This document shows positions 46,716-56,728 of a stretch of DNA of 64,000 bases, piece by piece. This DNA comes from an uncultured Clostridium sp. GTDB taxonomy: Bacteria > Bacillota > Clostridia > TANB77 > CAG-508. A program made the translations under genes and the position numbers. The first letter of the stretch is position 1, and the number at the start of each line of letters is the position of its first letter. The notes under the pieces are model-generated. The model saw nothing but the letters and a program-made list of their open reading frames with translations. It had not been told where the DNA came from and did not search any database. The DNA is taken from contig CAJMJN010000003.1 of assembly GCA_905213875.1 (NCBI GenBank), positions 3,565 through 67,564 of the forward strand. Direction: 5' to 3'.

Positions 46716-47666
46716 TTACTCTTTTATTTCTTTTTCTTCTGAATTACTTTTCTTATCTTCTTTTTCTTTTTTCATTTTATTACGTAATTCTTTTAATCTA
46801 TGTTTTCTTTCTTTTTTCTCTATTGTAAATCTCTTTGTTACTATATTACTTATTAATATTTTCTTTAATACATCTTCTCTAACATCTGCAATTAAAGTTC
46901 CATCTTTTGCTACTGATATTTTTCCAGTTTCTTCTGATACTACAACTACTAAACTATCTGATTCTTTTGATATTCCTATTGCTGCTCTATGTCTTGTTCC
47001 TAATTCTTTTGCAATATCTTTGTCATCTGCTAATGGTAAAACACATGCTGCTGCTGCTATTTTATTTCCTGATATTACAACTGCTCCATCATGTAATGGT
47101 GTCTTAGGTACAAATATATTTACCAATAATTGTGGTGATACTTCTGCATCCATTGGAATTCCAGTTGATATTATATCTTGAATTTTTATATCTCTTTCTA
47201 TTACTATTAATGCTCCTGTTTTTGTTTTTGAAAGTTCTGTAGCAGCAATTACAATTTTATATATATCTTCTTTTGTCTTTGTAGCCAAATCCTTTTCTAT
47301 ACCAAAAAATTGTGCTAGTCTATTTGTTCCAAGTTGTTCTAACGCTCTACGCAATTCTGGTTGGAATATTACTATTATAGCAATAACTCCTAAATTCATT
47401 ATTCCTGTTAATATCCAGTTTAATATTTTTAGATTTAATAATCCACTTACCCATGTAGCCAAAACCAATAATGCAATCCCTTTAATTAATTGCCATGCTC
47501 TAGAACCTTTTACAATTTTTAAGAAACAGTATATTAAAAATATAACTATACTTAAATCTAATATTAATGTAATTAGTTCAAATGGATTACTTTGAAGTGA
47601 CTTTACATATGCTACAATACTATTTGTATAAAAATTTTCCCAATTCATTCCTAAATTTATAATCAT
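46716..47666 (-). CDS. cdaA: diadenylate cyclase CdaA
   Basis: 316 aa with three N-terminal TM helices. DAC domain motifs are present: ..GALIVIERD.., ..PLHDGAVVI.., ..GTRHRAAIGISKESD.. It has an extra Lys/Glu-rich C-terminal tail. Confidence 0.9.
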   Translation of the reverse strand: MIINLGMNWENFYTNSIVAYVKSLQSNPFELITLILDLSIVIFLIYCFLKIVKGSRAWQLIKGIALLVLATWVSGLLNLKILNWILTGIMNLGVIAIIVIFQPELRRALEQLGTNRLAQFFGIEKDLATKTKEDIYKIVIAATELSKTKTGALIVIERDIKIQDIISTGIPMDAEVSPQLLVNIFVPKTPLHDGAVVISGNKIAAAACVLPLADDKDIAKELGTRHRAAIGISKESDSLVVVVSEETGKISVAKDGTLIADVREDVLKKILISNIVTKRFTIEKKERKHRLKELRNKMKKEKEDKKSNSEEKEIKE

Positions 47667-47682
47667 ATATTTTTATTACTCC

Positions 47683-47820
47683 TTAAAAAATTAATGCATA
47701 TACAAGTGAAATTGCAGTTCCTCCTAGCATTAAAATTGCAAGTATTCCTGCCATTATTTTCACAAATATTTGTCCTTTATCATATTTTCTTTTTTCAATA
47801 TTAACATTTTTATTTTTCAT
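47683..47820 (-). CDS. 45-aa small membrane protein (DUF4044-like)
   Basis: Below the ORF-track cutoff. It translates as MKNKNVNIEKRKYDKGQIFVKIMAGILAILMLGGTAISLVYALIF. A GAGGAAG RBS lies upstream. Confidence 0.45.
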   Translation of the reverse strand: MKNKNVNIEKRKYDKGQIFVKIMAGILAILMLGGTAISLVYALIF

Positions 47821-47841
47821 TAATTTCTTCCTCTATTATAA

Positions 47842-47876
47842 TATTTAGGTTTTTAAATGGTTTTACCTATAAACCT
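47842..47876 (-). promoter_or_regulatory. conserved upstream element, copy A (TATTTAGGTTTTT..GGTTTTACCTATAAACCT)
   Basis: Lies 20-55 nt upstream of the small-ORF start. A near-identical copy lies upstream of pdp. Confidence 0.5.
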
Positions 47877-47960
47877 TTTTTATTTTAATAATATACTTAC
47901 TAAATTCTTCTTTAATATTATAACAATTTAGCACATTTTTTTCAATTACTTTTATAAATA

Positions 47961-49277
47961 TTATTTATCTTCTATAATTTTTATTATTGTTTTTGTTTTT
48001 TCTGCTTGCTCTTTTCTGATTTTTATTGTTTTACTTAAATTTTCTTTTGCTATTTGCAATTTTTCTAAATCATTTGCATGTATATATGCTATTGGTTCAT
48101 CTTTTTGTACTATGTCTCCTATTTTCTTTTCTAATACAATTCCAACTGCTGGATCTATTTCATCTTCTTTTCTTATTCGTCCTGCTCCTAATTCCCCTGC
48201 AATTTTTCCAACTGCTTTAGCTTTTATTTCATATATATATCCAGATTTTTCGCTATATATAGGTTCTATATATTTTGCTTCTTCGAAATTATCTATATCT
48301 GATATATATGTTATATCTCCACCTTGATTTTTTACTAATTGTTCAAACTTTTTATATGCTTTTCCATTTTTCAAGTTTTCTTCTAACATTTTTTTGGCAT
48401 CTTCTAAATTACATTTGATACCTGCTAGTTTTACCATATAACTTCCAAGTTCTAGTACTACTTGTTTTACGTCTTCCTCAATATCACCTTTTAAAGCTTT
48501 TATTGCTTCTCTTACTTCTAAACTATTTCCTATATTATGACCTAATGGCTCTTCCATGTTTGTTAATATACATACTGTTTCTCTATTAGCTATTTTTCCT
48601 ATTTCTATCATTTCTTTAGCTAATTTTTCTGCATTTTTTTGATTTTTCATAAATGCTCCATCACCAACTGTTACATCTAAAACAATTTTTTCAGCTCCAC
48701 TAGCAATTTTTTTACTCATTATACTAGATGCAATTAAAGGCATACTTTCTACACAAGAAATACTATCTCTTAATTCATATATTTTCTTATCAACAGGCGC
48801 TAAGTTCATTGTTTGTGATATCATGCTTATACCTATTTTTTTTACGTTTTCTATAAAATCCTTTACTTCTATATTAGTTTTATATCCCGGTATAGATTCT
48901 AATTTATCAACTGTTCCTCCTGTAAATCCTAGTCCTCTACCTGACATTTTAGCAACTGGAACTCCACAAGAAGCAACTAATGGTAATACTATTAATGATA
49001 CTTTATCACCTACTCCTCCTGTTGAATGTTTATCTACTATTACTTTATTTAAATTTGATAAGTTTAATATTTCTCCTGACTTTGCCATTGCTATAGCTAA
49101 ATTTGCTGTTTCTTCATTAGTCATTCCTTGTATAAATATTGCCATAATTAATGCAGCTGCTTGATAGTCTGTTATTTCTCCTTTGTTATATCCTTCTACA
49201 AAATATTCTATTTCTTCTTTTGTTAATTGTTTTTTATCTCTTTTTTTCTCTATTATATCTAAAATGTTCATTTGCAT
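47961..49277 (-). CDS. pdp: pyrimidine-nucleoside (thymidine) phosphorylase
   Basis: 438 aa. Motifs ..DKHSTGGVGDK.., ..SGRGLGFTGGTVDKLE.. are present. Confidence 0.92.
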   Translation of the reverse strand: MQMNILDIIEKKRDKKQLTKEEIEYFVEGYNKGEITDYQAAALIMAIFIQGMTNEETANLAIAMAKSGEILNLSNLNKVIVDKHSTGGVGDKVSLIVLPLVASCGVPVAKMSGRGLGFTGGTVDKLESIPGYKTNIEVKDFIENVKKIGISMISQTMNLAPVDKKIYELRDSISCVESMPLIASSIMSKKIASGAEKIVLDVTVGDGAFMKNQKNAEKLAKEMIEIGKIANRETVCILTNMEEPLGHNIGNSLEVREAIKALKGDIEEDVKQVVLELGSYMVKLAGIKCNLEDAKKMLEENLKNGKAYKKFEQLVKNQGGDITYISDIDNFEEAKYIEPIYSEKSGYIYEIKAKAVGKIAGELGAGRIRKEDEIDPAVGIVLEKKIGDIVQKDEPIAYIHANDLEKLQIAKENLSKTIKIRKEQAEKTKTIIKIIEDK

Positions 49278-49292
49278 AATCCTTGTATAATG

Positions 49293-49330
49293 TATTTAGG
49301 TTTTTTTATAAAGGTTTTACCTATAAACCT
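49293..49330 (-). promoter_or_regulatory. conserved upstream element, copy B
   Basis: TATTTAGGTTTTTTTATAAAGGTTTTACCTATAAACCT lies 15-55 nt upstream of the pdp start. Confidence 0.5.
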
Positions 49331-49350
49331 ATTACTACCATTATTATATT

Positions 49351-49992
49351 TTAAGAATTTGTAAAATGTTTTGTAAATGTTAGTCTATGTATTGGGCAAA
49401 GTCCATATTCTTTTATTGCAGCTATATGTTTAGCTGTGCCATATCCCTTATGTGATGAAAATCCATATTGTGGATATATTTCATCCCATTGTCTCATTAT
49501 TCTATCCCTTGTTACTTTAGCTAAAATTGATGCAGCTGCAATATTATAACATTTAGCATCACCTTTTATTATTGGTTCATATGGAATTCCTCTTGTATTA
49601 ATATGTGTTAATGCATCAACTATAATTAGATCTGGCTTTACATCTAATCCATCAACAACTTCTGTAACTCCTTGTTTTGTTGCATTTAATATGTTTATAT
49701 CATCTATTACATGATGGTCTATTACTGCTATTGAATAACTTATTGCTTCTTCTTTTATTACATCATATAATTTTTCTCTTCTTTTTTCTGTTACTTTTTT
49801 TGAATCATTAATACCTTCTATCATTGAATCTTGTGGCATAATAACCCCCGCAACAACAACAGGACCAGCTAATGGTCCTCTTCCTGCCTCATCTATTCCA
49901 CATATATTTTTAAATCCTTTACTATATAAATCTTTTTCTATTTCTTTTATTTTTGTTAGTCTTTCTAATTCTTTTTCTTTCATATTAATCAT
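49351..49992 (-). CDS. rnhB: ribonuclease HII
   Basis: 213 aa. Motifs ..GIDEAGRGPLAGPVV.., ..DSK.. are present. Confidence 0.92.
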   Translation of the reverse strand: MINMKEKELERLTKIKEIEKDLYSKGFKNICGIDEAGRGPLAGPVVVAGVIMPQDSMIEGINDSKKVTEKRREKLYDVIKEEAISYSIAVIDHHVIDDINILNATKQGVTEVVDGLDVKPDLIIVDALTHINTRGIPYEPIIKGDAKCYNIAAASILAKVTRDRIMRQWDEIYPQYGFSSHKGYGTAKHIAAIKEYGLCPIHRLTFTKHFTNS

Positions 49993-49997
49993 ATTCC

Positions 49998-50495
49998 TTA
50001 TTTTTCTATATTATCTATTTCTGTTAATGAATATCTTCCATTATATCCAAGTGTATTATATACTTCAACAGTTGCATTTGAGTCATCAAATTTTATTAGA
50101 TAATATTCTTTATTTTTTAATTCTACTTTATCTAATCCCCATTGTTTCATTGCTTCTGCTGTAACCTTATAGCATTCTGATACAGGTATTTCTGATGATG
50201 TTGATATTCCTGTTGCTGGTTCTAGTTTCGCCTCTGTTTCATATATTGCTTTTCTTATTTCTGCAATTTTAGTTTCATCTGTTGATTTACCTATTTTAAA
50301 ATTTGCTTCTTCTACATATTCTTTTGATTTTGCCTGTATTAATAACATATTTGTTCTTAATTCTTCCAATTTTGATCTATTTATTGTTTCTTTACCTTCA
50401 TATACAGTTATTCCTGCAATTATTAATAATACTACTATTGTTATTACTAGTGCTAATAAAGTTACACCATTATTTTTTTCTATTATATCTTTCAT
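49998..50495 (-). CDS. prepilin-like N-terminal helix protein (atypical, no Glu5)
   Basis: 165 aa. The sequence NNGVTLLALVITIVVLLIIAGITV resembles a type IV pilin/pseudopilin leader and hydrophobic helix. Confidence 0.45.
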   Translation of the reverse strand: MKDIIEKNNGVTLLALVITIVVLLIIAGITVYEGKETINRSKLEELRTNMLLIQAKSKEYVEEANFKIGKSTDETKIAEIRKAIYETEAKLEPATGISTSSEIPVSECYKVTAEAMKQWGLDKVELKNKEYYLIKFDDSNATVEVYNTLGYNGRYSLTEIDNIEK

Positions 50496-50738
50496 TTTTT
50501 ATAAAATTCCTTTCTAAACTTCTATTTTTCTTCCTATTCATTATAAATAAATTCCTATAATAATTCAAGCATTTTAATATATTATTTTATGTAAGATTAC
50601 CTAATCTTTTAAATAAGCTAAAGTTTTATTAAGATCTTAAAACTTTCTAATTTTTTTCACAAAATATTCACAAACCTATTGTATTATATAATTACATTAG
50701 GATATTATAAATATAGATTATTTTCAGGAGGTATTAAA

Positions 50739-52049
50739 ATGGAAGAAAATAATAAAAAACCAATTATCGAAATAAAAAAAGAAAATTCTAAAAAATCTTC
50801 AAATTTTGAAGCTGTAAAAGCAAATAATAAAAATACAGCAAATTCTAAAAAATCTAGAACTAATAATAGTGGATTTGGTAAAACAGTATTAGTTCCATTT
50901 GTTAGTGGAGTTGTGGGTTGTGCCATTGTAGTTGGTACATGTTTTGGTGTTCCATCTATTAGAACAAAATTGTTAAGTTCTAATTCTACTGCATCTACAT
51001 CAAATTCTTCTAATTCAAATGTAAGTGGATATGTTAGTCAAACTTCACTCTCTAATTACTCAGACACCGCTGTATATGCTGCTAATAAGATATTGCCTTC
51101 AGTTGTAGGAATTGAAGTTCAATATAGTGTAAATTCTATGTTGTCTATGTTTGGAAGTAGAAGTCAATCTCAAACAGCAACAGCTACTGGTTCTGGAATT
51201 ATAATAAGTGAAGATGGATATATTTTAACAAATAATCATATTGTTTCTACATCTTCTTCATCATCTAGTAGTTCTTCTAGTAGCAACTACTATTCAGTAT
51301 CAGAAGCTGAAAAGGTTACTGTAACATTATTTAATGATGAAACAACATATGAAGCAAAAATTGTAGGTACTGATGAACAAACAGATTTAGCTGTTATAAA
51401 AATAGAAAAAACAGGACTTCCAAAAGCAGAATTTGCAGATTCTGACAGTATTAAAGTTGGTGAATTTGCAATGGCAGTTGGCAATCCTTTAGGAATGCAA
51501 AGTAGTATTACTTGTGGAGTAGTAAGTGCTATTAATCGTAAAATTACAGATAGTGATGGAAAAGAATTTACTTTAATTCAAACTGATGCAGCAATAAATG
51601 CTGGTAACAGTGGTGGTGCATTAGTTAATAGTCAAGGTCAAGTTATTGGTATTAATACATTAAAATTACAAGGAACTGGAATTGAAGGTATGGGATTTGC
51701 TATTCCAATTAATTCAACCACAGATATTACTTCACAATTAATTCAATATAGTAAAGTAAAAAGACCTTATATTGGTGTTACAGGTATGGATTTAAGTGAA
51801 AATACAGCAAAAGCAAATAATTTAGTTAAAGGTATTTATGTTAAAGCTGTTGATGATTTCTCTGCTGCTGAAAAAGCTGGAATAAAAATAGGTGATGTAA
51901 TAATTGAAGCAGATGGAACAAAAATTACAACGATGGATGAATTAAACTCAATTAAAAATAAACACTCTATTGGTGATGAAATGAAAATCAAAGTAAATCG
52001 TAATGGTCAAGAAAAAGAATTAACTTTAACTTTAGGAGAACAACCTTAA
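50739..52049 (+). CDS. htrA: HtrA/DegP-family serine protease with PDZ domain
   Basis: ATG at 50739 follows AGGAGG. It has a TM anchor, the catalytic residues TNNHIV (His), DLAVIKI (Asp) and GNSGGAL (Ser), and a C-terminal PDZ domain. A 12-Ser run follows the catalytic His. Confidence 0.9.
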   Translation: MEENNKKPIIEIKKENSKKSSNFEAVKANNKNTANSKKSRTNNSGFGKTVLVPFVSGVVGCAIVVGTCFGVPSIRTKLLSSNSTASTSNSSNSNVSGYVSQTSLSNYSDTAVYAANKILPSVVGIEVQYSVNSMLSMFGSRSQSQTATATGSGIIISEDGYILTNNHIVSTSSSSSSSSSSSNYYSVSEAEKVTVTLFNDETTYEAKIVGTDEQTDLAVIKIEKTGLPKAEFADSDSIKVGEFAMAVGNPLGMQSSITCGVVSAINRKITDSDGKEFTLIQTDAAINAGNSGGALVNSQGQVIGINTLKLQGTGIEGMGFAIPINSTTDITSQLIQYSKVKRPYIGVTGMDLSENTAKANNLVKGIYVKAVDDFSAAEKAGIKIGDVIIEADGTKITTMDELNSIKNKHSIGDEMKIKVNRNGQEKELTLTLGEQP

Positions 52050-52160
52050 TCTTTTCACTTTTAGTTCACACAATGGACAAAATACATTGTTAAAATACAA
52101 GCATAGTCAGTAAGGAGATTACTGATTGAATATAAAAAACATCCCCTTTTATTTTCAAAA

Positions 52161-52188
52161 AGAGAAGAAATTTGTCGATTTCTTCTCT
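52161..52188 (+). terminator. htrA terminator
   Basis: AGAGAAGAAAT-TTGTCG-ATTTCTTCTCT followed by CCTTTTTT. Confidence 0.7.
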
Positions 52189-52463
52189 CCTTTTTTATTA
52201 TAACCATATTATAGTAAATACTAAAAATCTAGAAGTATGGAGCCATACTTCTTTTAGTTTGAATTATAATCAATCTATTTATATAGTAGGAAGTATGGTC
52301 AATCTACATATTAATTTTATATTTGATAATAATATTACACCATGACCTATAACAAAACTATGTACGCAGATTTGTCCTTATCTCCATGAATTATTATATC
52401 AAATTTTTTCCATTTATTATTAAATATAAAGTTATTGAGTGTAGCTCTCGTAAATGAACTTGA

Positions 52464-52489
52464 AAAAAGCCACTTAAAGTGGCTTTTTT
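52464..52489. terminator. bidirectional hairpin AAAAAAGCCACTTAAAGTGGCTTTTTT
   Basis: A perfect stem flanked by A- and T-runs, downstream of the minus-strand gene at 52538..53401. Confidence 0.65.
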
Positions 52490-52517
52490 CTTTTTATTTA
52501 TATTTATATAAAATGAC

Positions 52518-52541
52518 TTTTTGCTCCGACCCCAAAATCAT
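52518..52541. repeat. 25-nt repeat family, copy 3
   Basis: TTTTTGCTCCGACCCCAAAATCAT is the reverse complement of ATGATTTTGGGGTCGGAGCAAAAA. It overlaps the TGA stop of the upstream gene. Confidence 0.75.
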
Positions 52542-53401
52542 AATACTACTATATCCATTTCTGATGTTGCCATTTGGTTTCCATATGCATATATTACATA
52601 TAATATATTTCCTGTAAAATAAAATTCTGTTGATTTTTCTATACTATAAATATCACTGTTTATATCTCTTGAATATATATTATATCCTAAACTTTTTAAA
52701 TCTTGAGCTTTTTTTTGCTCTGTCTGTATATCTGCTTTTATCTTATTTTGAACATCATTTTCGTTTAACTGCTCTATTTTTAAGACTTCTGCTAATGTTA
52801 TTTCTTTATTATTTCTTAAGTCATAATTATATGTTTGGATTATTACTTTCTGAGCTTTTGATCCTTCTTTTAAATTAGATTTAATCATTACTGATAATAT
52901 GTCATCTTGAATATTTGCAACATATTCCACTGTATAAATAACATTATTATTTTCGCTTTGTAGAACTTTTTTTGCCATATCAACAAAAATATTTTCTATT
53001 TCTTGATTGTATTTTTCCACTACTTCTCCACTTATATTTATATGTGGTATATGTACCTCTAAATCATAACTATTCAATTTCGTTTCTTTTTTCTCATATT
53101 TAGTATACACTATTTTTTTGTCTGCTTCTTCTTTTTTAGAGTTATTTGTGTCATTATCATTTGTTATTGTATTATTAAAAATAGTATTAAATTCTGATTT
53201 TATTGTTTGTTGCTGTTCTTCTGTTTTGCTACCTAATCCATCTTTTTGACTTATTCCAATAAATTTAGCTATATCTATTCTTGTATAAAATTGTACATAA
53301 AATGCAATTATTACACTAATTATACAAATTATTATTATTGATATATAAATAAATAATTGTCTCTTCTTTATTCTGTTTTTTTCTGGTAAAACTACGTTCA
53401 T
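52538..53401 (-). CDS. membrane-anchored hypothetical protein (possibly DUF4163/DUF3298-like)
   Basis: 287 aa with an N-terminal TM helix. The extracytoplasmic domain shows ..EVHIPHINISGEVVEKYNQEIENIF.. The family call is weak. Confidence 0.45.
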   Translation of the reverse strand: MNVVLPEKNRIKKRQLFIYISIIIICIISVIIAFYVQFYTRIDIAKFIGISQKDGLGSKTEEQQQTIKSEFNTIFNNTITNDNDTNNSKKEEADKKIVYTKYEKKETKLNSYDLEVHIPHINISGEVVEKYNQEIENIFVDMAKKVLQSENNNVIYTVEYVANIQDDILSVMIKSNLKEGSKAQKVIIQTYNYDLRNNKEITLAEVLKIEQLNENDVQNKIKADIQTEQKKAQDLKSLGYNIYSRDINSDIYSIEKSTEFYFTGNILYVIYAYGNQMATSEMDIVVL

Positions 53402-53566
53402 TATCTACCCTCTTTTACATTTGTATTATCTGTTTTATTATAACATTATATTTAATTTTTATCAACATTAATTTTGTATTAATATTAACTCAAAATATTG
53501 ACTATTACTAGTTTTTAAGGTATTATATTGTAGTAATATTTTATTAAGAAATGAGGAATTTTAAGT

Positions 53567-55924
53567 ATGTTATGTTCAGAATGTAATAAAAATCCAGCAA
53601 TACTTTTTTATAAAAAAATTGAAGATGGAAAAGAATCTTTAGAAGGTTATTGCTATGACTGTGCTAAGAAAAAAGGAATAAATCCTACTGAAGTACTTTC
53701 ACAACAAAATAACTTTTTATCACATGATAAATTAAATATTAATGATATGTCAAAACAATTTGAAAGTATTTTTAAAGATTTAGCAGAAAATATTAATCTT
53801 GAAGATTTAGAAAATATTGAAGGTGCTATTACCTTTGATAATATAGATGGAAAAACTGATGATGATGGTGAATCATCTAAAATATCAGGTACAGCTATTC
53901 CATTAGGTTCTATTTTTAATATGTTTCAAAATAACAATAATAATGAAGAAGAAACTGAACCTAGTACAGGACGTAAAAAAGTTAAAGTTGAAAAACGTCC
54001 TAAACAAAATAAAAAGAAAAAATTTCTTGATACTTTTGGAACTAACTTAACTACAAAAGCAAAAAATAACCAACTAGATATGGTTATTGGTAGAGAAAAA
54101 GAAATTCAAAGGATTGTTCAAATTTTAAATAGACGTTCAAAAAACAACCCTTGCTTAATTGGTGAACCAGGTGTTGGTAAAACTGCTATTGCACAAGGTT
54201 TAGCTATAAAAATCGCTAACCAAAATGTTCCAGCCAAATTACTTAACAAAGAAGTTTATTTGTTAGATATGACTTCTGTCATTGCTGGTACACAATTTAG
54301 AGGTCAATTTGAATCACGTATGAAAGGCATAATTGACGAATGTAAAGAATATGGAAATATTATTTTAGTAATTGATGAAATCCATAATATTATCGGAGCT
54401 GGTGATGGTGAACATTCTATGAATGCAGCAAATATTCTAAAACCTGCCCTATCTAATGGTGAAATTCAATTAATTGGTACTACAACATTAAAAGAATATA
54501 GAAAATATATCGAAAAAGATTCTGCTTTAGAAAGAAGATTCCAACAAGTTTTAGTTGAAGAGCCTTCAATTGATGACAGTATAGGAATTTTGGAAGGAAT
54601 AAAAAAATATTATGAAGAATATCATAAAGTAAAAATTTCTTCTGATGTAATTCGTCAAGCTGTTATAATGTCTGAAAAATATATACATGACAGATTTTTA
54701 CCAGATAAAGCTATTGATATATTAGATGAAGCTTGTTCAAGAATTAACCTTGAAAATAAAGCTCTATACAAATTAGAAATGTTAAAACAAGAATTATCAA
54801 AAGTTCAAGCAGAAAAAGAAGAAGTTATTGCAGCAGATTCTACTGAAGATTATCAAAAAGCTGCTGATTTAAAAACTCGTGAATGTCAACTTATAGAAGA
54901 AATTGATAAATTAAGTGCTAAAACAAAACCAAAACAATTAACAGTTCAAGATATTGCTACTGTTATTGAAAACTGGACTAAAATACCTGTTAAGAAAATA
55001 ACTGAAGAAGAAACTCAAAAATTATTAAATTTAGAAACAAATCTTCATAAAAGAATTATTGGTCAAGACGAAGCTGTAAGCAGTGTTGCAAGAGCAATTC
55101 GTAGAAATCGTGCAGGACTAAAAAGCACTAAAAGACCACCTTCTTTTATATTTGTAGGTCCAACAGGTGTTGGTAAAACAGAACTTGCTAAAAGCTTAGC
55201 TTATGAAATGTTTGGAAGTGAAGATTCTATCATTAGAATAGATATGTCTGAATACATGGAAAGTCATTCTACATCTAAATTAATTGGTGCACCTCCAGGA
55301 TATGTTGGATATGATGATGCTGGTCAATTAACTGATAAAGTAAAGAGAAAACCATATTCTATAATTTTACTAGATGAAATTGAAAAAGCTCATCCTGATG
55401 TATTTAACATTTTATTACAAGTATTAGATGATGGTAAATTAACTGATAGCCAAGGAAATACAGTAAGCTTTTCTAACACAATTATTATAATGACATCAAA
55501 TGCAGGTTCAAATGTTAATAATAATTCTATTGGTTTTGGAAATGAAACTGTTAATAAGGATAAACTTATAGACAGATTAAAAGAATATTTTAGACCTGAA
55601 TTTTTAAACAGAGTTGATGAAATTATTAGTTTTGATTCATTAACAAAAGAACAATTATTACAAATTGTTGATTTAATGTTAAAAGATACATCAAAAGCCT
55701 TACAAGATAAAGATATTACTTTAGAAGTTTCATCTAAAGCCAAAAATTATCTTTTAGAAAAAGGAACTGATATCAAATTTGGTGCAAGACCTTTACGTAG
55801 AGCTATCCAAAGATATATTGAAGATGAATTATCTGAAATGATTTTAAGAGGTCAATTAATTGATGGTCAAAAAGTAGTAGTAGATTTTGAAAAAGATAAA
55901 CTAAAATTTAAAATAGAAGATTAG
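53567..55924 (+). CDS. clpE: ClpE-type AAA+ Clp ATPase (N-terminal zinc ribbon, two AAA modules)
   Basis: 785 aa. The N-terminus is [15 protein letters not shown]...[11 protein letters not shown] (CxxC..CxxC). Walker A motifs are GEPGVGKT and [12 protein letters not shown]-like linker is present and the Clp_N repeats are absent. Confidence 0.85.
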   Translation: MLCSECNKNPAILFYKKIEDGKESLEGYCYDCAKKKGINPTEVLSQQNNFLSHDKLNINDMSKQFESIFKDLAENINLEDLENIEGAITFDNIDGKTDDDGESSKISGTAIPLGSIFNMFQNNNNNEEETEPSTGRKKVKVEKRPKQNKKKKFLDTFGTNLTTKAKNNQLDMVIGREKEIQRIVQILNRRSKNNPCLIGEPGVGKTAIAQGLAIKIANQNVPAKLLNKEVYLLDMTSVIAGTQFRGQFESRMKGIIDECKEYGNIILVIDEIHNIIGAGDGEHSMNAANILKPALSNGEIQLIGTTTLKEYRKYIEKDSALERRFQQVLVEEPSIDDSIGILEGIKKYYEEYHKVKISSDVIRQAVIMSEKYIHDRFLPDKAIDILDEACSRINLENKALYKLEMLKQELSKVQAEKEEVIAADSTEDYQKAADLKTRECQLIEEIDKLSAKTKPKQLTVQDIATVIENWTKIPVKKITEEETQKLLNLETNLHKRIIGQDEAVSSVARAIRRNRAGLKSTKRPPSFIFVGPTGVGKTELAKSLAYEMFGSEDSIIRIDMSEYMESHSTSKLIGAPPGYVGYDDAGQLTDKVKRKPYSIILLDEIEKAHPDVFNILLQVLDDGKLTDSQGNTVSFSNTIIIMTSNAGSNVNNNSIGFGNETVNKDKLIDRLKEYFRPEFLNRVDEIISFDSLTKEQLLQIVDLMLKDTSKALQDKDITLEVSSKAKNYLLEKGTDIKFGARPLRRAIQRYIEDELSEMILRGQLIDGQKVVVDFEKDKLKFKIED

Positions 55925-55933
55925 GAGAAAACA

Positions 55934-56536
55934 ATGTTTAAACACATACCAAATATCTTAACAATTATAAGATTTTTATTAATACCATTTATATTATTAA
56001 ATATATTTACAGGTAATTATATACTAGCTTTTGTATTTTTCACAATATCAGGCATAACTGATATTGCAGATGGATTTATTGCCAGAAAGTTTAACCTTAT
56101 TTCAAATTTTGGCAAATTAATGGATCCGTTGGCTGATAAATTAACACAAATAGCAACACTTACATCATTAGTTATTGTTAATATTATTCCTTTATGGATT
56201 TTAATAATTGTATTATTAAAAGAATTTATAATGATTGTAGGAGCTTCTTTCCTCTATGGAAAAGATGTTGTTGTATATAGTAAATGGTATGGAAAATTAG
56301 CAACTGTATTATTCTATCTTGCAATTGTATTTTCTCTTGTAATTAAGCAATTTAACCTTGTTGGTATTTGGGAACATTTAACACTCACAACATACTGTTT
56401 AGCGTTAATTGCAACAGTATTTGCATTAATTATGTATGTAAAAGCTTTATACCAAAAGGGATTTATTGATAAAGAAGATTTAAAAAAAGATGTTACTGAA
56501 GTAACTATTGAGAAAAAGCATTTTAAAAAGAACTAA
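55934..56536 (+). CDS. pgsA: CDP-diacylglycerol--glycerol-3-phosphate 3-phosphatidyltransferase
   Basis: 200 aa with the CDP-alcohol phosphatidyltransferase motif DGFIARKFNLISNFGKLMDPLADK. Confidence 0.85.
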   Translation: MFKHIPNILTIIRFLLIPFILLNIFTGNYILAFVFFTISGITDIADGFIARKFNLISNFGKLMDPLADKLTQIATLTSLVIVNIIPLWILIIVLLKEFIMIVGASFLYGKDVVVYSKWYGKLATVLFYLAIVFSLVIKQFNLVGIWEHLTLTTYCLALIATVFALIMYVKALYQKGFIDKEDLKKDVTEVTIEKKHFKKN

Positions 56537-56546
56537 TTATGAAGTG

Positions 56547-56594
56547 AACCCAATTTATTAGACAAAAAAGTTTAATAAATTGGGTCTATTTTTT
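56547..56594 (+). terminator. pgsA terminator
   Basis: ACCCAATTTATTA...TAATAAATTGGGT followed by CTATTTTTT. Confidence 0.7.
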
Positions 56595-56728
56595 ATATGC
56601 TAGTTTAATATATTTTTTATGCAGTGACAATTCGGGGGGATCGACAAGTTACAGACTGTTATGTAATTACAGTCTGTACGTAGTTTGGAGTCACAAAGAA
56701 AAAATATATTAACTTAGAACAAAATAAA

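Noticed and set aside
53402-53566. Searched upstream of clpE for a CtsR operator (tandem GGTCAAA heptads).
   Set aside because: Only a TTGACT-17-TATTAT promoter is evident. No convincing heptad repeat was found, so no regulatory site is claimed.
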